Shown piece after piece: positions 12,230-24,806 of a stretch of DNA of 64,000 bases. The position numbers and the translations under genes are program-made. Each line of letters opens with the position of its first letter. The first letter of the stretch is position 1. Location of the stretch: NCBI GenBank assembly GCA_023213395.1, contig CM041465.1:126797741-126861740 (forward strand), read 5' to 3'. Under the pieces are notes generated by a model. That model did no database searches, was not told the origin of the DNA, and worked only from the letters and a program-made list of their open reading frames with translations. Origin of the DNA: Cycas panzhihuaensis (Eukaryota > Plantae > Cycadophyta).

Positions 12230-13400
12230 AACGTATACCTTTATCAAAACTTTATGAACTTAAAGAAGATAAGTCATGAAAATAAGATTAATTTTAGATT
12301 CACCTATTCATTATACGGTGTACCCTATGCTTGGCACACAAATAATTATACCCAACTCAGACATGGGAGAATATTACGAAGTAATTTAAGGAGAGACTTT
12401 AAAAGTCTTGAAGTAATAATGTAGTGGAGTTATCTCACAAGGAAATGAGATAAAGGCTAGTAGTATTACTATTAATATGAAAAATAAATATTAAAGTTGT
12501 AAGTATGATGAATAAAGAAAAAATCATGGATTATAATAAGAGAAACTATTTTATAAATGGGCTAAATTCTAAAGTAAGGGCCACAATGGTGACTCATTCC
12601 TTGAAATGCTTCCATTGCACACATGAGTTGGTATTACACTTTGAGAAAGAAATGGACATTTAAAAGGGTAGCCATAAACCTTATTATTTAGATCACGAGA
12701 CAAAATGTAATAATTAAGAAGCCAAAATATAAATAAACCTTACTATTAAGTAACAAAAATAAAGGAGACCTCAAAAGTAGAAGCCTTTAAAAAGGAAGTC
12801 ATAAGGTTGAAGTTATAAAGAAAGAAACCTCAAGTTACTAAGGAGAAGAAGAATAAAAAAATATAGGGGTAACGAACCCTAATTGAAGAAGTGGTGTCAC
12901 ATTTGTGATAATAATTCATATTCTAGTAAAGAATATGACCTAAATAAGAGGAATAATATGGTAAAAAAGTAAAGTACATGGTGTTATATTTGTGATATGG
13001 ATAACCATAATATGAATAAACACTATTTTAATATGTGTAAAATAAACCAATATAGTACAGGTTATGGAAGAAGGAACAACTTAAGCATGATGTAATATAC
13101 TAATGATGTAGGAAGACATGTGAAAAAATAATAATGCATGAAGAGAGAGTAAAGGAAAAGTACTAAACTAACTAAAATAATAGAGATAAAATTGATCTAT
13201 CCTCATAGAAAATACTTATAGAGAGATCAAATATCACCTAATAAGAAGGCTGCCAAAATCTAAGAGGTCCACTAGAGCATATATGCCCAAACTATTGAGA
13301 AAAGTATGTGCTTGGCCTATTGTAGATACCCTTCATAAAGAAGAATGTCCTATCCTAACTTAGACTCTTAAATATACCTAAAACACTAGACTCAATCTTA
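12230..13400 (+). pseudogene. Degraded gag-like region of another retroelement, with zinc-knuckle remnants
   Basis: KWCHICD..H and TWCYICDMDNH..Y remnants near 12890-13030. Confidence 0.5.
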
Positions 13401-14071
13401 AAATATGAGAAGGGACTAACTAGAGTAAGAGGCCTAAAGGAGTTAAGACCATAGGATCCATATGATCATAGGTAGGTTCTTGGAAAATTATCAATACTAG
13501 TGACTCATCTCACATAAGTTTGAGATAGGCTAATAGTAGAAGCATTTAACTCCAACTAGCCTCAAGCTCTAATAGGTAAAATAAAAAGAGGTCATTACTC
13601 TCAATAAGATGCACAGAGTTTACTCAGTTGTCGAGGCCACACATATAAATGCATAGTCAAGATAAATGGCCACCATTAGGTCAATCAGAATATGAATCAT
13701 AAGACTCTTCTCACATAAGGACAAAAGATCACCTCTCTCATCTAATGATTAAATCTAGGTTCAGAAAAAGTGATCTGCCTTATTTGTAATGAGTTAACTC
13801 ATTTGTTATAATAAATATGTCATAAAACCCTCATCAATCATGATACCATCATGACTAAGTGAAAGATAGTGGCTGGCTTACCATATCATCAACTTCAATG
13901 TGGTGATAAAACTTACTTTGAAATCCTTATTCTTGAATATACGTATAACACCTATATATACACTAGCAAGACACAGATACAATATCTCAAAAATAAATTA
14001 AAACATGCAATAAACCTCTATGAGATTTTAAAAAACCATAATCACTTATTCTCTCAACTAGATTTTCTTTA

Positions 14072-14400
14072 ATGCTCAAGTACCAACATGCTCCAAGCTC
14101 GTGACACCAATAGACTCCAAGCATACTTAATCACTAGCATGCTTTAGGCTCATGACGCCAACATTCTCTAGGTATACTCAAGTACAAACATGTTCTAGGC
14201 TTATGACACTAACAAACTCTAGGAATACTTAAGCACAAAAATGCTCCATGTTCATGACACCAACATGCTCTAAGTACATTTGGGTATCAATATGCTCCAT
14301 GGCCATGACACTAATATTCTTTAAGTATATTAGAGCACTAATATGCTCTAGGCTTATGACACCAACATGCTCTTGATTCATGATAATAACATGCTCTAGG
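14072..14400. repeat. Tandem minisatellite, ~51-bp unit (27+24 subunits), ~6.5 copies, in a retroelement leader
   Basis: Consensus approximately atactcaagcaccaacatgctctaggctcatgacaccaacatgctctaggt. Confidence 0.85.
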
Positions 14401-14575
14401 TACGTTGCAAATACATAGTTCAAAACCTTCCATAACCTGCAATAGATCTTCACCTAATAAATAAGACCACCCCCTTCACTGGTCATAAATAGGGATATAT
14501 AAAATAAGTTTTGAATCGTCACATTAACAAGTAGATATACTCATAATATTATAGACTAATTGGGTTCAAACTAGG

Positions 14576-14807
14576 GCTTTGATACTATGTTAAAAGATAT
14601 ATACAAGTAGAGAAGAAATTTTATATGAAATATAGAGAATATAAATGCAAGCCCTAAGATCATAACTCAAAATATATTAAAACCATAACCATATATATAA
14701 GAGTATGAACTATGAATACAGAGATATGAAATAATAAATGAATAAATACACATGAATATATAACATAATATACTTATGGAAAATGATCACTTCTAAATAG
14801 TATTATA
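14576..14807 (-). mobile_element. PBS plus partial 5' LTR of another element
   Basis: gctttgatacta at 14576-14587 followed by tgttaaaag at 14588. Confidence 0.6.
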
Positions 14808-15050
14808 TGATGGGATTAACGTTCTTCACCTAACTCCCACCTTAGAAACATGTGACCGTACACTTCTTCATGGTAAGTAAGGTAAGGTTATTTTATTGTG
14901 CATTATCATTATTTTATATTATTTTGAATTAAAGGTTAAGGAGGTTTTCCTCTTTCCTCAAAAGTATATATCTTATGAGGTTCTAAACATTGGTGTTCTT
15001 CAACACCACCATCTATTAGAAATCTAATGTACTCTCTTCGTAATGGATCT
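14808..15050 (+). repeat. LTR related to the 58876/60193 LTR family
   Basis: tgatgggattaac..ggtaagtaaggtaaggtta..ttattttgaatt..gttttcctc..tatatat shared with 60193-60523. End approximate. Confidence 0.65.
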
Positions 15051-15059
15051 GTTATTTCA

Positions 15060-18000
15060 CAACTATATTTTGAATATAACTTAAGTTACATGCTTTTACC
15101 TACTCCCCTCTATCTTATATTTTTAATTATAACGTGATATCATAGCATAGATCTTGGCCACCTATATCAAAATGTTGATCTACCTTCACAACAAGCATTT
15201 ACATTGATATTTTATCAGTTTTATAAAGTTTATTAATATTTTTATATAGCTTTTTGTTAATATTTAACTATTTTTGATACGTATGATCTATTTCATCACT
15301 GGTTTCTCCATACTTTTATAGTTATAGTATGTACATTCATCCTACCAATTAGTTGGTGTAATTATTTTGAAGTTTTGTTTGATATTTCTTAAGATTTTAA
15401 TCAATTTTCATCAATTTTTTTAAGGATCTTTTAAGTTCTTAAACTTTGACAAGCTGGTGTGATCTCCACACTGATTAGAACCATATCAAATGACCACTCA
15501 TTGGATTCATCTTTAAGTCCTCTATGCTCCAGAAAAGATGGTTCAAAAAATTGTTGCCCCTATAGTGAGTTATAGCTCTCAAAAGCCCAGTGTATATCGC
15601 TACTTATTGAAACTCTTAAGCATTAAAGTTGAAATTACTTCATTTGGCTTTGTTTCTCACTGGTTTTCTCTAAAACTTGGTATCAAGGTATTTCTAAGGA
15701 TGTAGAATTTATTTATGATATTTTTTTAGCTTCATTTTAGTAGTATGACCCCTTCACTCTCCACGGTCTCCTGATCTTTGGCATGCTCATTCTCTGCCTG
15801 TAGATATCTATTTCTTGTGAAATTTTAGGGGCACCTTAGCATCAATAAGAGCAATCCATTACTTAGTTTTTATCATGCTCTATGAACCCAATAAGCATAA
15901 TGAGCTCCTAGAGTGACCACTATTTGTGCACTGTTCATTTATATCATTTTTCAATATTATATATTAAAAAATTATTTTTTTGGAGAAAATTTTCATTAAT
16001 CTTTGTCTTAGATCAATGACACCCTATCATTACATGTAATTAATATGTATTTATAGTACACACCACTTAGTGTTTGTCTAATTAGAATTTTGTAACCATT
16101 TGTTTAATGAATGACCTATTACATAAAAAAATATGTACACTATAATGTATGACTACATATCAAAGGGGTAATTACATCAATTGAATAGTACCATAGGTTT
16201 AACATTATGTAACATTTGTATTATGCTCTAACTGAATTATGTATTTCATTTTATATTTGGGAGGTAGCCATACTAGAAGGTTTAAAGAAACCTCCTTCTA
16301 TTTACTAATTCTTTTCTACACTTGTGAGATATCCTTAGCTTCTTACTCTACTCTAGCTTGTAATGTGAATAATTAGGCTATAACACTTGTATATCCTTTA
16401 TATATGAAGATTTTTATATGATATAATGACCTTATCTTTATTGTAGTAGGTTGTTATCCTTGTAATATGATTCATTCCCCACCTTAGTTATATCTCATTA
16501 AGAGCTCATCTAAATTCATTTGAATGCTTTTAAGTCTCTACAACCATTGGTATCCTAATATCATATTTACTTTATTTATATGAATGATGTAAAAAATTTC
16601 ATTCAAGGTTATATCCATGACTTCTTATTTAAGATATTCAAGCTTGCCTTTGCTTAATATTTCTTACCTATGTCCAACACTAACTTGGAGCTTGGGTATC
16701 ATAGTTGGGAGTAATTTTAGATGCTGGGTTATAAATTAATAGATGAAATTATGGGTGCTTCTCAAATAGATCAATATAATTATTGGTTCCTTCATAATAT
16801 ATTCTTATAGCTTTAGTGTGTTGGGTCTTATTAATTTGATACTATTAAGAAAGATATATGATGGGCATCTTTCTTGATGTTTAGTGTATCTTATGAAAAT
16901 CCTAAATCAATTTTATTACCCTGTGTTTATCCTACCGGTCTTAGTTTTATTGTATAAAGGTTATTCCTAGTGCATTTATATGTTGTACCCCATTTTTTTT
17001 TATATTTAAAATTATTTCCCTAATTTTGGGCCTTCTACCTTTTAATATAGGAATGTCAAGTATGAATTCTTCCAATACTCATTAGATATACATTAACTAC
17101 TTATCATTTTCCTTATACTATATCTGACTATTTATACTTGCCTATCATTTCAACTTATGTTGAATTTTGATTAAGCATTTGCTTGCATTTTCTTATGTAT
17201 ATTACATCTCACACTTGTTAATGATGGAAAAAGTATATATTCTTTATAACACCTTCATGTTATAAATGCACAACTTTGTAAATTGAATTAATGCTCATGA
17301 TAGTGGATGTGACACCACCATCTTTTTGTCTTATTTTATGCTTTCTTTTCTCCTACATGAGTGTCCATCTTAAGTTAACATGAGCCTATATTTCTAAGAG
17401 TTATCTTACATGGGTCAATATAGAATTTAAGTACCCATCTAAGTTAGTTATCATATAGTTTAAGCACAAGTTAGTGCCCCTATATCTTATTTACTTTAGT
17501 CAACATGAATATCTTAAGCGTTTTAACTCACATTATGATTCTTTTACGTTTTTCACTTTGATTTTGAATTTAATTGATTATTCTACATATATGATTACAT
17601 AGATCTACTTAAGTAGATATTAAATGAGTGGTTGTGTGTTAAAAATAGACATTGTTTAAGGAGATTATACTCCCCTTTTTATATTTCCATCTTCTGTTAT
17701 CACCTAGTTTCATGACTCTAAAGATTAATTTCATAATCAAACCATGAATAATAATATAATTCTTTTAAAAATCACTTCAAATATAAATTTAGAGATTTAT
17801 TCTCTTATCCTTACTATAAATACCACTCAAACAAGGCCTTTGGGTCCCTAAAGAGAGCAATTATTGCACATGCTTGCTTGTGTTCAATGAAGGCCTCTTG
17901 CCTATTCCTTTCTTGCTTACATTTAAGTAAGGTACTCCCACTTATTTTTGCATTTACTTTTGATTTTGATTGAGGATTTATGCATGTCTATTAATTTCCA

Positions 18001-19880
18001 TCAAGATTATGGAGTTTTATTTCTTGTTTTTATTGATTTCTATTAAATCGCTAATGTTTATTTTAGACTACATATTTTATCCTTTTATCTATAATTATAC
18101 CATGACTTTTAGATATATTTTAGTGGTATTACTCTACTTATATTGCCTATTTTCTACTCTATTTAAATGATGTTATCATAGATTTACTTTTTTATTTCCA
18201 TGGCATTGATGAGGTCATACCATGCCTTTTCTACTTGCCTTTTATAGTTTTGTCATAAACCTTGTATATCAATCTGTGATATCATTTTATTATATCATAA
18301 ATTTCTTGTAGAATACTTGTGGTATTTCCACAAGTCATATATTGCTATTTTGTGATGTCATATACTTTGCCCTACATATCTCCTATATTTGCTTTATGGT
18401 ATCGTTGTTATAGTCTCATATGTATATTGTGATATTGATTAGCTTTAGTGGTATTATTTATTACTTTTTGTTCTTATTTATTTTATTTTATTTTGCATCT
18501 CATAATTATTTACTTGATTATTTTCTTTTAATCTCATATAATTATTTGTTCTTTTTGCTTTTCTTATTTCACTCTCTTACTTCATCACTTTGGAGAATTT
18601 ATTAAGTGACTATTTGATGTGAACTCACATAGCCTCATTCTAATCTTGAGACAATCCTTTCTCCTCCTTATATGTGTATGTGTGTGTGTCTGTTTAATAT
18701 TAACAAGTACTTGGCAACATTCTCTTTAGTGTTGTTTTACATGAGAAAGAATATTAAAAAGGGAAGGAACACAACTGTATGTATTTATCATTAACCAGAG
18801 GTAGTTCTCAAGCAACAAACTAAGTAAGAGCCTTTTATATACTTTACTTGACTTATTTTTTGTGCTTTACTTATTTAGAAAAGAAAATAATAGAAATAAA
18901 TATATTAATTTATTTTAAGATAATTTAGAAAATAAATTGATGTAATAAAAGAACCCAAAGACCCTTAACAAAGGATAATATATTGTACTTTATAAATACA
19001 CTCATTAATAACTATATAGACATAAATATCTTTCATCACATATAAGGATAATGTTGGTTATAGTATATTATCTATCTCTATCCATGTGTCTTTGAGTGCT
19101 TTCTATGCCAAATTGTATTTTCTCTATATAGTTGTAGTTACAACCTGTTAATTTATACTTTCATTACATTCTAATTTTCTCACTAAGTTTTTTTATATTT
19201 CTATTCCTAACTCTCTTAACATCTTAAAACCCTCTTTGCTATGAATGAACTATGATTTGTAGATAACCAATGCTAATAAGATCTTTCAAATCAACCTCCT
19301 AACCTTGTAGGGGTTTTAAGCTTTTACTTTCCTACTTCCACTATGCCTTGACTATAAAGTAGTGTCATCACCATTGCACATTCCCATTTGAAGTAATTTA
19401 TTTTGGTCCAAAGAGATCAGTAGCTAAGAAAGAAAGGGAAGAAATGGGAAAAATGATAAAAACTTATATGTTTGAAACTAATCAAAATTACAATATTATA
19501 GTAATACTAGTGTAAACTATGTAGTCTATGAGTGTCAATTGGAAACCACAGACTTGTAAGGGATTCCAATATGGCATCAAGGGTGACCAAATTATGTTAA
19601 ATATGTAGGTGTTAGAGAATAGGTATGAAATCATACAGTCATCCTCCATTTGACATGAGATAATTGAGATATTTCAAATTTAACTATTTGCATTTAATGT
19701 GTAGTCCATGTTACCTTATCACAATGACATGTTTACTTGGTTGAGAGATGCATTAATTAATTGATTACATTTAATATGCAAACTATATTACCTTACCAAA
19801 GGGAAGACACATGGATTTTATGGAGGAGAACAATTAACCATTTCAATTTATTTCTTTTTTTTCTTCTAAATTACTCCCAT
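15060..19880. other. Heavily degraded, probably retroelement-derived DNA
   Basis: Leader-like motifs and only weak gag-like traces near 16600-17300. No assignable domains. Confidence 0.3.
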
Positions 19881-21272
19881 CATATGGCATGGAGTAAATA
19901 GTCATATACAAAGTCCATTAGGGTTATTTATCGACACATAACAAATATTTTATTCTAAATTATTTTTAAGAATCTTCTACTTAATTAAATAATTGGATAA
20001 TAAAACAATAGATCTTTCCATATTTGTGTAGATTATCAAGCACCAAATTTGATTTGATAAAGAATAAATAACCCGTTCCTAGAATGGATGATATCATTGA
20101 TGAACTTTGTGGTGCAACATTCTTTTCAAAGATTGATCTATAATCTAGTTATTATTAAATCCCTATCGAAATAATTAATTATGAGAAAATAACTTTTAGC
20201 ATACATCAAGGACTATATCAATTTAAAATCATGCTTTTTAGCCTCATAAATACTCTAGCAATATTTCAAGCCACAATGGATAAGGTATTAGTTCCTTTTT
20301 TATGTAAATTTGTCATGGTTTTATTTGATGATATTTTAGTTTATAACAAGTGTTGACAATAACATCTCAATCATTTATATAAGGTATTAGAATCCTTGAG
20401 TCAAAATAAGTTGTTTGCCAAATAAATGAAGTACCATTTTAGCCAACACTTTGATATTTGGGTCACATCATTTCCATGCAAAGTATTTATATGGACTTGA
20501 ATAAAATTCAAGTCATCTTGCACTATTCAACACCCACTTTAGTCATTACTCTTAGGGTGGTTTCTGGGACATGCTAGTTTTTATAGGTAATATATTCAAC
20601 ACTATTTGTCCCTAACTGTCCCACTCACCGATCTTTGAAAAAGGAATGTCTTCTGTTAGTCAAACTTAGTTGACCAGGCCTTTTCATACCTAAAAATAAT
20701 TATTATTTTCATCCCTATATTAGTAATGCCTAATTTTTCCAAACCATTCAAACTTTATTGTGATACATCTAGATCAAGAAATAGTGTAGTATTATTATAG
20801 GACAAGCAACCCATAGCATTTAAAAGTAGAAAACTTAATCTTTAAGAGTAAACCTACTTGACTTATAATAAAGAAATGCTAGCTATTCTTCATGCCTTAG
20901 CAAAATGTTGATAACATCTTTTTAGCAATAAATTCATAATACATACCAATCATCACATCTTTACATATTTCTTGTAACAACCTGGCTTATTAAAATTATA
21001 ATAAAAATGGCTCATGAAAATTCAAGATTTTGATTTTGATAGCATTTATAAGAAAGGGAAAAGGTAATATGTTAGCTCCTAGTTTATGTAGGAAACATGA
21101 ACATGAGTCATGTAATGTGATTTCCATAATACTTCCTATATGGATCAATGGATTATATTTTAAATATGACACTAACCTAATGAGTAAAGGTAGGCTTTAT
21201 AAATACCATTAAGGAAAACCTCCATCAAATTAGTCACTGGATGGGAATACATTATTATGTAAAGGTCAAATT

Positions 21273-21633
21273 TGTTGGGATAATACCCAATGTACGCTTG
21301 CTACCATGCACTTAGGGCCCCTCAAAGCCATCTTTGGGGCTCCCTAGGTACCTCGGGCCACATAACAGTCACCACAAGCTATCCAAAATGCTGACATACC
21401 ACTATTAAGGTATGTGCATATTTATTACTTTTATTTTTTAATATTAATTTGAGTTATTGGTAGGTAAGTTTGAGGTGATTACCACCTCCCCAAAATCTCT
21501 TATAAAAGGGGTGGGAATACCTCCCAGGTATTTTTTAACACCACCCTTCATTCAATCAGAATTATTAAGTAAAAGTGAGCCACAATAAACTTGCCAAGTT
21601 AATTATCCTACTCCGTACCTTGCAAGTCCTTTA
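21273..21633 (+). repeat. 5' LTR of copia C
   Basis: Direct repeat of 29052-29413. Confidence 0.95.
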
Positions 21634-24600
21634 TTTGGTATCAAAGTGTTAGGTTAACTTATATGTGAGTTTCACAACTATCATTTTATATTGTATGGTA
21701 TGTACATCATATTATATTGAGAAATATTATAGTTTTACTTTACATTACATTATTATTTTCATGATACATTTTTGTATGTTTTTTAGAGCCTTGGTTCTCT
21801 ATTTCTCACTTATATTCAACACACTCTAGCTTCTTATAGAGTGATTAGAACTATACTATATGGCTACTTGTTCTGATCATGTCTGAGTGCTCCATCTAGT
21901 AGTGAAGATGATTAATTATTTCATTCATTTATTTGAGAGATATCTCTCTATGGGGCTTCATCTCTCTTAGCTTTCTTTATATTGTTTTTTGTAAATTTGC
22001 ATTATTTTTACTTATTAGACCTTCTTAGGCATTAGTAAGAGCCCTGCACCCACTCCTAGTGCCTGATAAAGGAGTTTTGAAGTAGTTTAGGGCTTCATCT
22101 GGATTGGTTCCTTTTTGTATGGTCTATAGTGACCCACTAAATTTGGCAGCCCTATTCTCACAACCTAGAGAATCTTTTGGAGTGTCATCTATTCTAGCAT
22201 CTCCCTCTATGTGTCACACCCCTCCCTCTAAAATTTCGTGAAGTTTCATTGTCGTTTGATATAGTTTCAACGCCCCAGAGCCTTTGTAGTCTCGTGTACT
22301 CTTCTTCAAGTCTGTGAGCAAAAATCACTATTTTGAGGCCATTTTTCAGTAATTTCTCTTCATAGGATCCATTGTCTATACCATATCTGAGCTCCTCTAT
22401 GATTGTGTGAGGATTGGTCTCCATTTTTTATTAATTCAAATCAATCTCTACTCTCCTTCTTTGCCATAGACATAAAAAACTCGCAGATGCTACCTCTTTC
22501 ACTTTTAATTTGATTTTATTTTATTAAAAGTTTATAACGTTTATAAAAATTTAATTATATTGTATAGTGTTTAGTGTTTACACCTTCTAACCCCTATCTC
22601 AGTCATATTGACCCCTCATACAACCTCAGTCTTTGTGTTAAAAGGGGCTAATCAACTTTTGATTATAAAGTTTATTTTATATTTTTTACTCATAGAGACT
22701 TTATTGCCTTTTTCAGTATATCTCCTCATTGGCATATCATATTTTAGTGAAATTAGTTCTATTGCATTTGTCTTTTAGAGAGCAATAGTGTAGAGTCATC
22801 ATTTTTCAAATTTGAGATTGTTTTGGCTAAGATTTAATTAATCAAAGTGACCCCTTCTTTTAGCTATTATTTTGTTAACCATAAAGAGGTCTTCTTACCA
22901 TATCTATAATAACTTTGGTATACGAGCTCTGTTTTTCAAACTATTTGTTCTATTGGAAAGTCATTTTAATTCTCTATATGCTCATATATATTTTTTATTT
23001 TATTTGAAGCTGTTTTGTAGGTTTTCAAAGCCAGTAAAGTTGAGGTAACCTATTTGTCTTAGTTCATTATTTTTAGCAATAATAAATTAGTTTTTTCTAA
23101 GTTTCTTTAGCTTGAGACATACTATGAGATTTATGATCTCTATATGATTATTTTCATATTATTCTACAAAATTATAATTTAAATTTTGTAGTATTTAAGC
23201 CTCATGGCTCTATTTTGAGTCCTTAAAAGGGTCCTCATATATGTATTCATTAGTATCTTAAGCTCCAAGAGCCCGTTTTCTAAACGGTTGGATTTGTTAG
23301 AAAGAGTTTTTAATACTCTTCAAATTGGAATAAGTTTTAGTCTAATTTGACATTATTTTATAGGCTTTTAGAGATGGTCAACTTGAGCTTCTTATTTAGC
23401 CTAGATAGGCCTATTTTTGTAACTCTTTAATGATTTTATTATTTCAAAAGGATTATACTTGTTTCATTTATCATTACTAATTAATTCTTAAAGTTGCTAT
23501 TGGTTCTCGTATATATTTGTTAAGCCATTTTACATCCAGAAGTTATCTTTTTATCACTTAGAGCTTTCAACAACCTAAGTGGTGTAAATTCAATAAACAT
23601 GTATAATATGTATTTAATCTATATATTTCCTATATTATTGATTGAATGCATATAACTTTCTGATATTTTTATCATTATAAGCAAAGGTTCTACTTAAGAA
23701 TTTTAAATTTCTCATATAACTATTTTTCTTTTCAAAGGGATAATTAATCATTCTCATTGTCCTACATATTTTGACAAAGAAGTCATTTCATTCTCATTTA
23801 AAGGCTTTAGTTTTTTATTTCGTTTGAAAGCTATAAAGTTAGGTGCAAAATACCATTGTTTGTTTATCATTGAAAGCAACAAAGTTCAGTTTTATATTTT
23901 AAAAGCATTAAAGGAGCATACATATTTCTATTTCTTTCTACAAAGTTATCAAGTTGGAAGAACTTGTTTGCATGTTATCTTGTATTCTTTAGCTTACTTG
24001 AAGAAGAAAAGATTCATTACTTTATTTACTTGCTTTAGTGAGATTTGAAGAAAGTTTATTGCATATACTCATTTGAAAGTTTGAAGCACATTTCCATTTC
24101 ATACAAGTTGATCTTATATTCATTTTGCTTAGTGGATTTATTTTTTTTGAGTTATTTTATTTCCTACATAAAAGGAACTTTGTAAAACCTAAGTAAGACC
24201 ACAATTTTAACTAATATATTCTCACATTAAAAAAGATAACTCTCGAATCAATCACACTATATCTTTAGCCTTATAAGGGGAACGGTTAGGACCCTTAAAG
24301 TTACTACCACATACATGCTAATTGGCCTATTCATATTGGATGAGGAAAGACATTAGCTATAAGGTGTATTAAGTGGAAGGTTGAGGTTGAGGTAGAGAAC
24401 CTATTCTTATTTAGTGTTTAGAGACCAAGGCTAGACCTAGAGAGGGTGAGTACCTTGGTTCGTGTAACCTTCATCGCTAGATTTGTTGCTAGGCATAAGT
24501 TTAGTACAAGTAGATCCACAACTCAGGGCGGTGTGAAAACTTTCATAGCAGCTTGTATATTAAGGTATATTGAGCCTTGAGCTCATGTACTAGTATATAG

Positions 24601-24806
24601 GGTCCATGTTTTACCACTTATGAGCAAGCACCACTAGACAGAATAACAACTAAAAGTTTTCCTTGGAGACCCCTAAACTTAGAGCCTAGAAGCCTTATTA
24701 GGGACTAGTGGGTAAAACCTTAGATATTATCACTTCGGTCAAATTTTAAATTCAAATATTTATAATCCTCATCTCATTTACCATATTTTAAAAACCTTAG
24801 CTAAAA

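Noticed and set aside
14072-14453. CRISPR-like array or repeat-protein ORF (14229-14453)
   Set aside because: No unique spacers, no cas genes and a eukaryotic TE context; it is a simple tandem minisatellite.
14588-14807. 5' LTR partner for copia B (3' LTR 7752-8140)
   Set aside because: No similarity beyond the first seven bases.
17970-18605. Hydrophobic F/L/I/Y-rich ORFs as membrane proteins (also 42100, 53238, 58233)
   Set aside because: Compositional artefacts of T-rich deaminated DNA with no motifs.
24269-24690. Hammerhead ribozyme (retrozyme) in the conserved block
   Set aside because: No CUGAUGA...GAAA core with supporting stems was found by eye.
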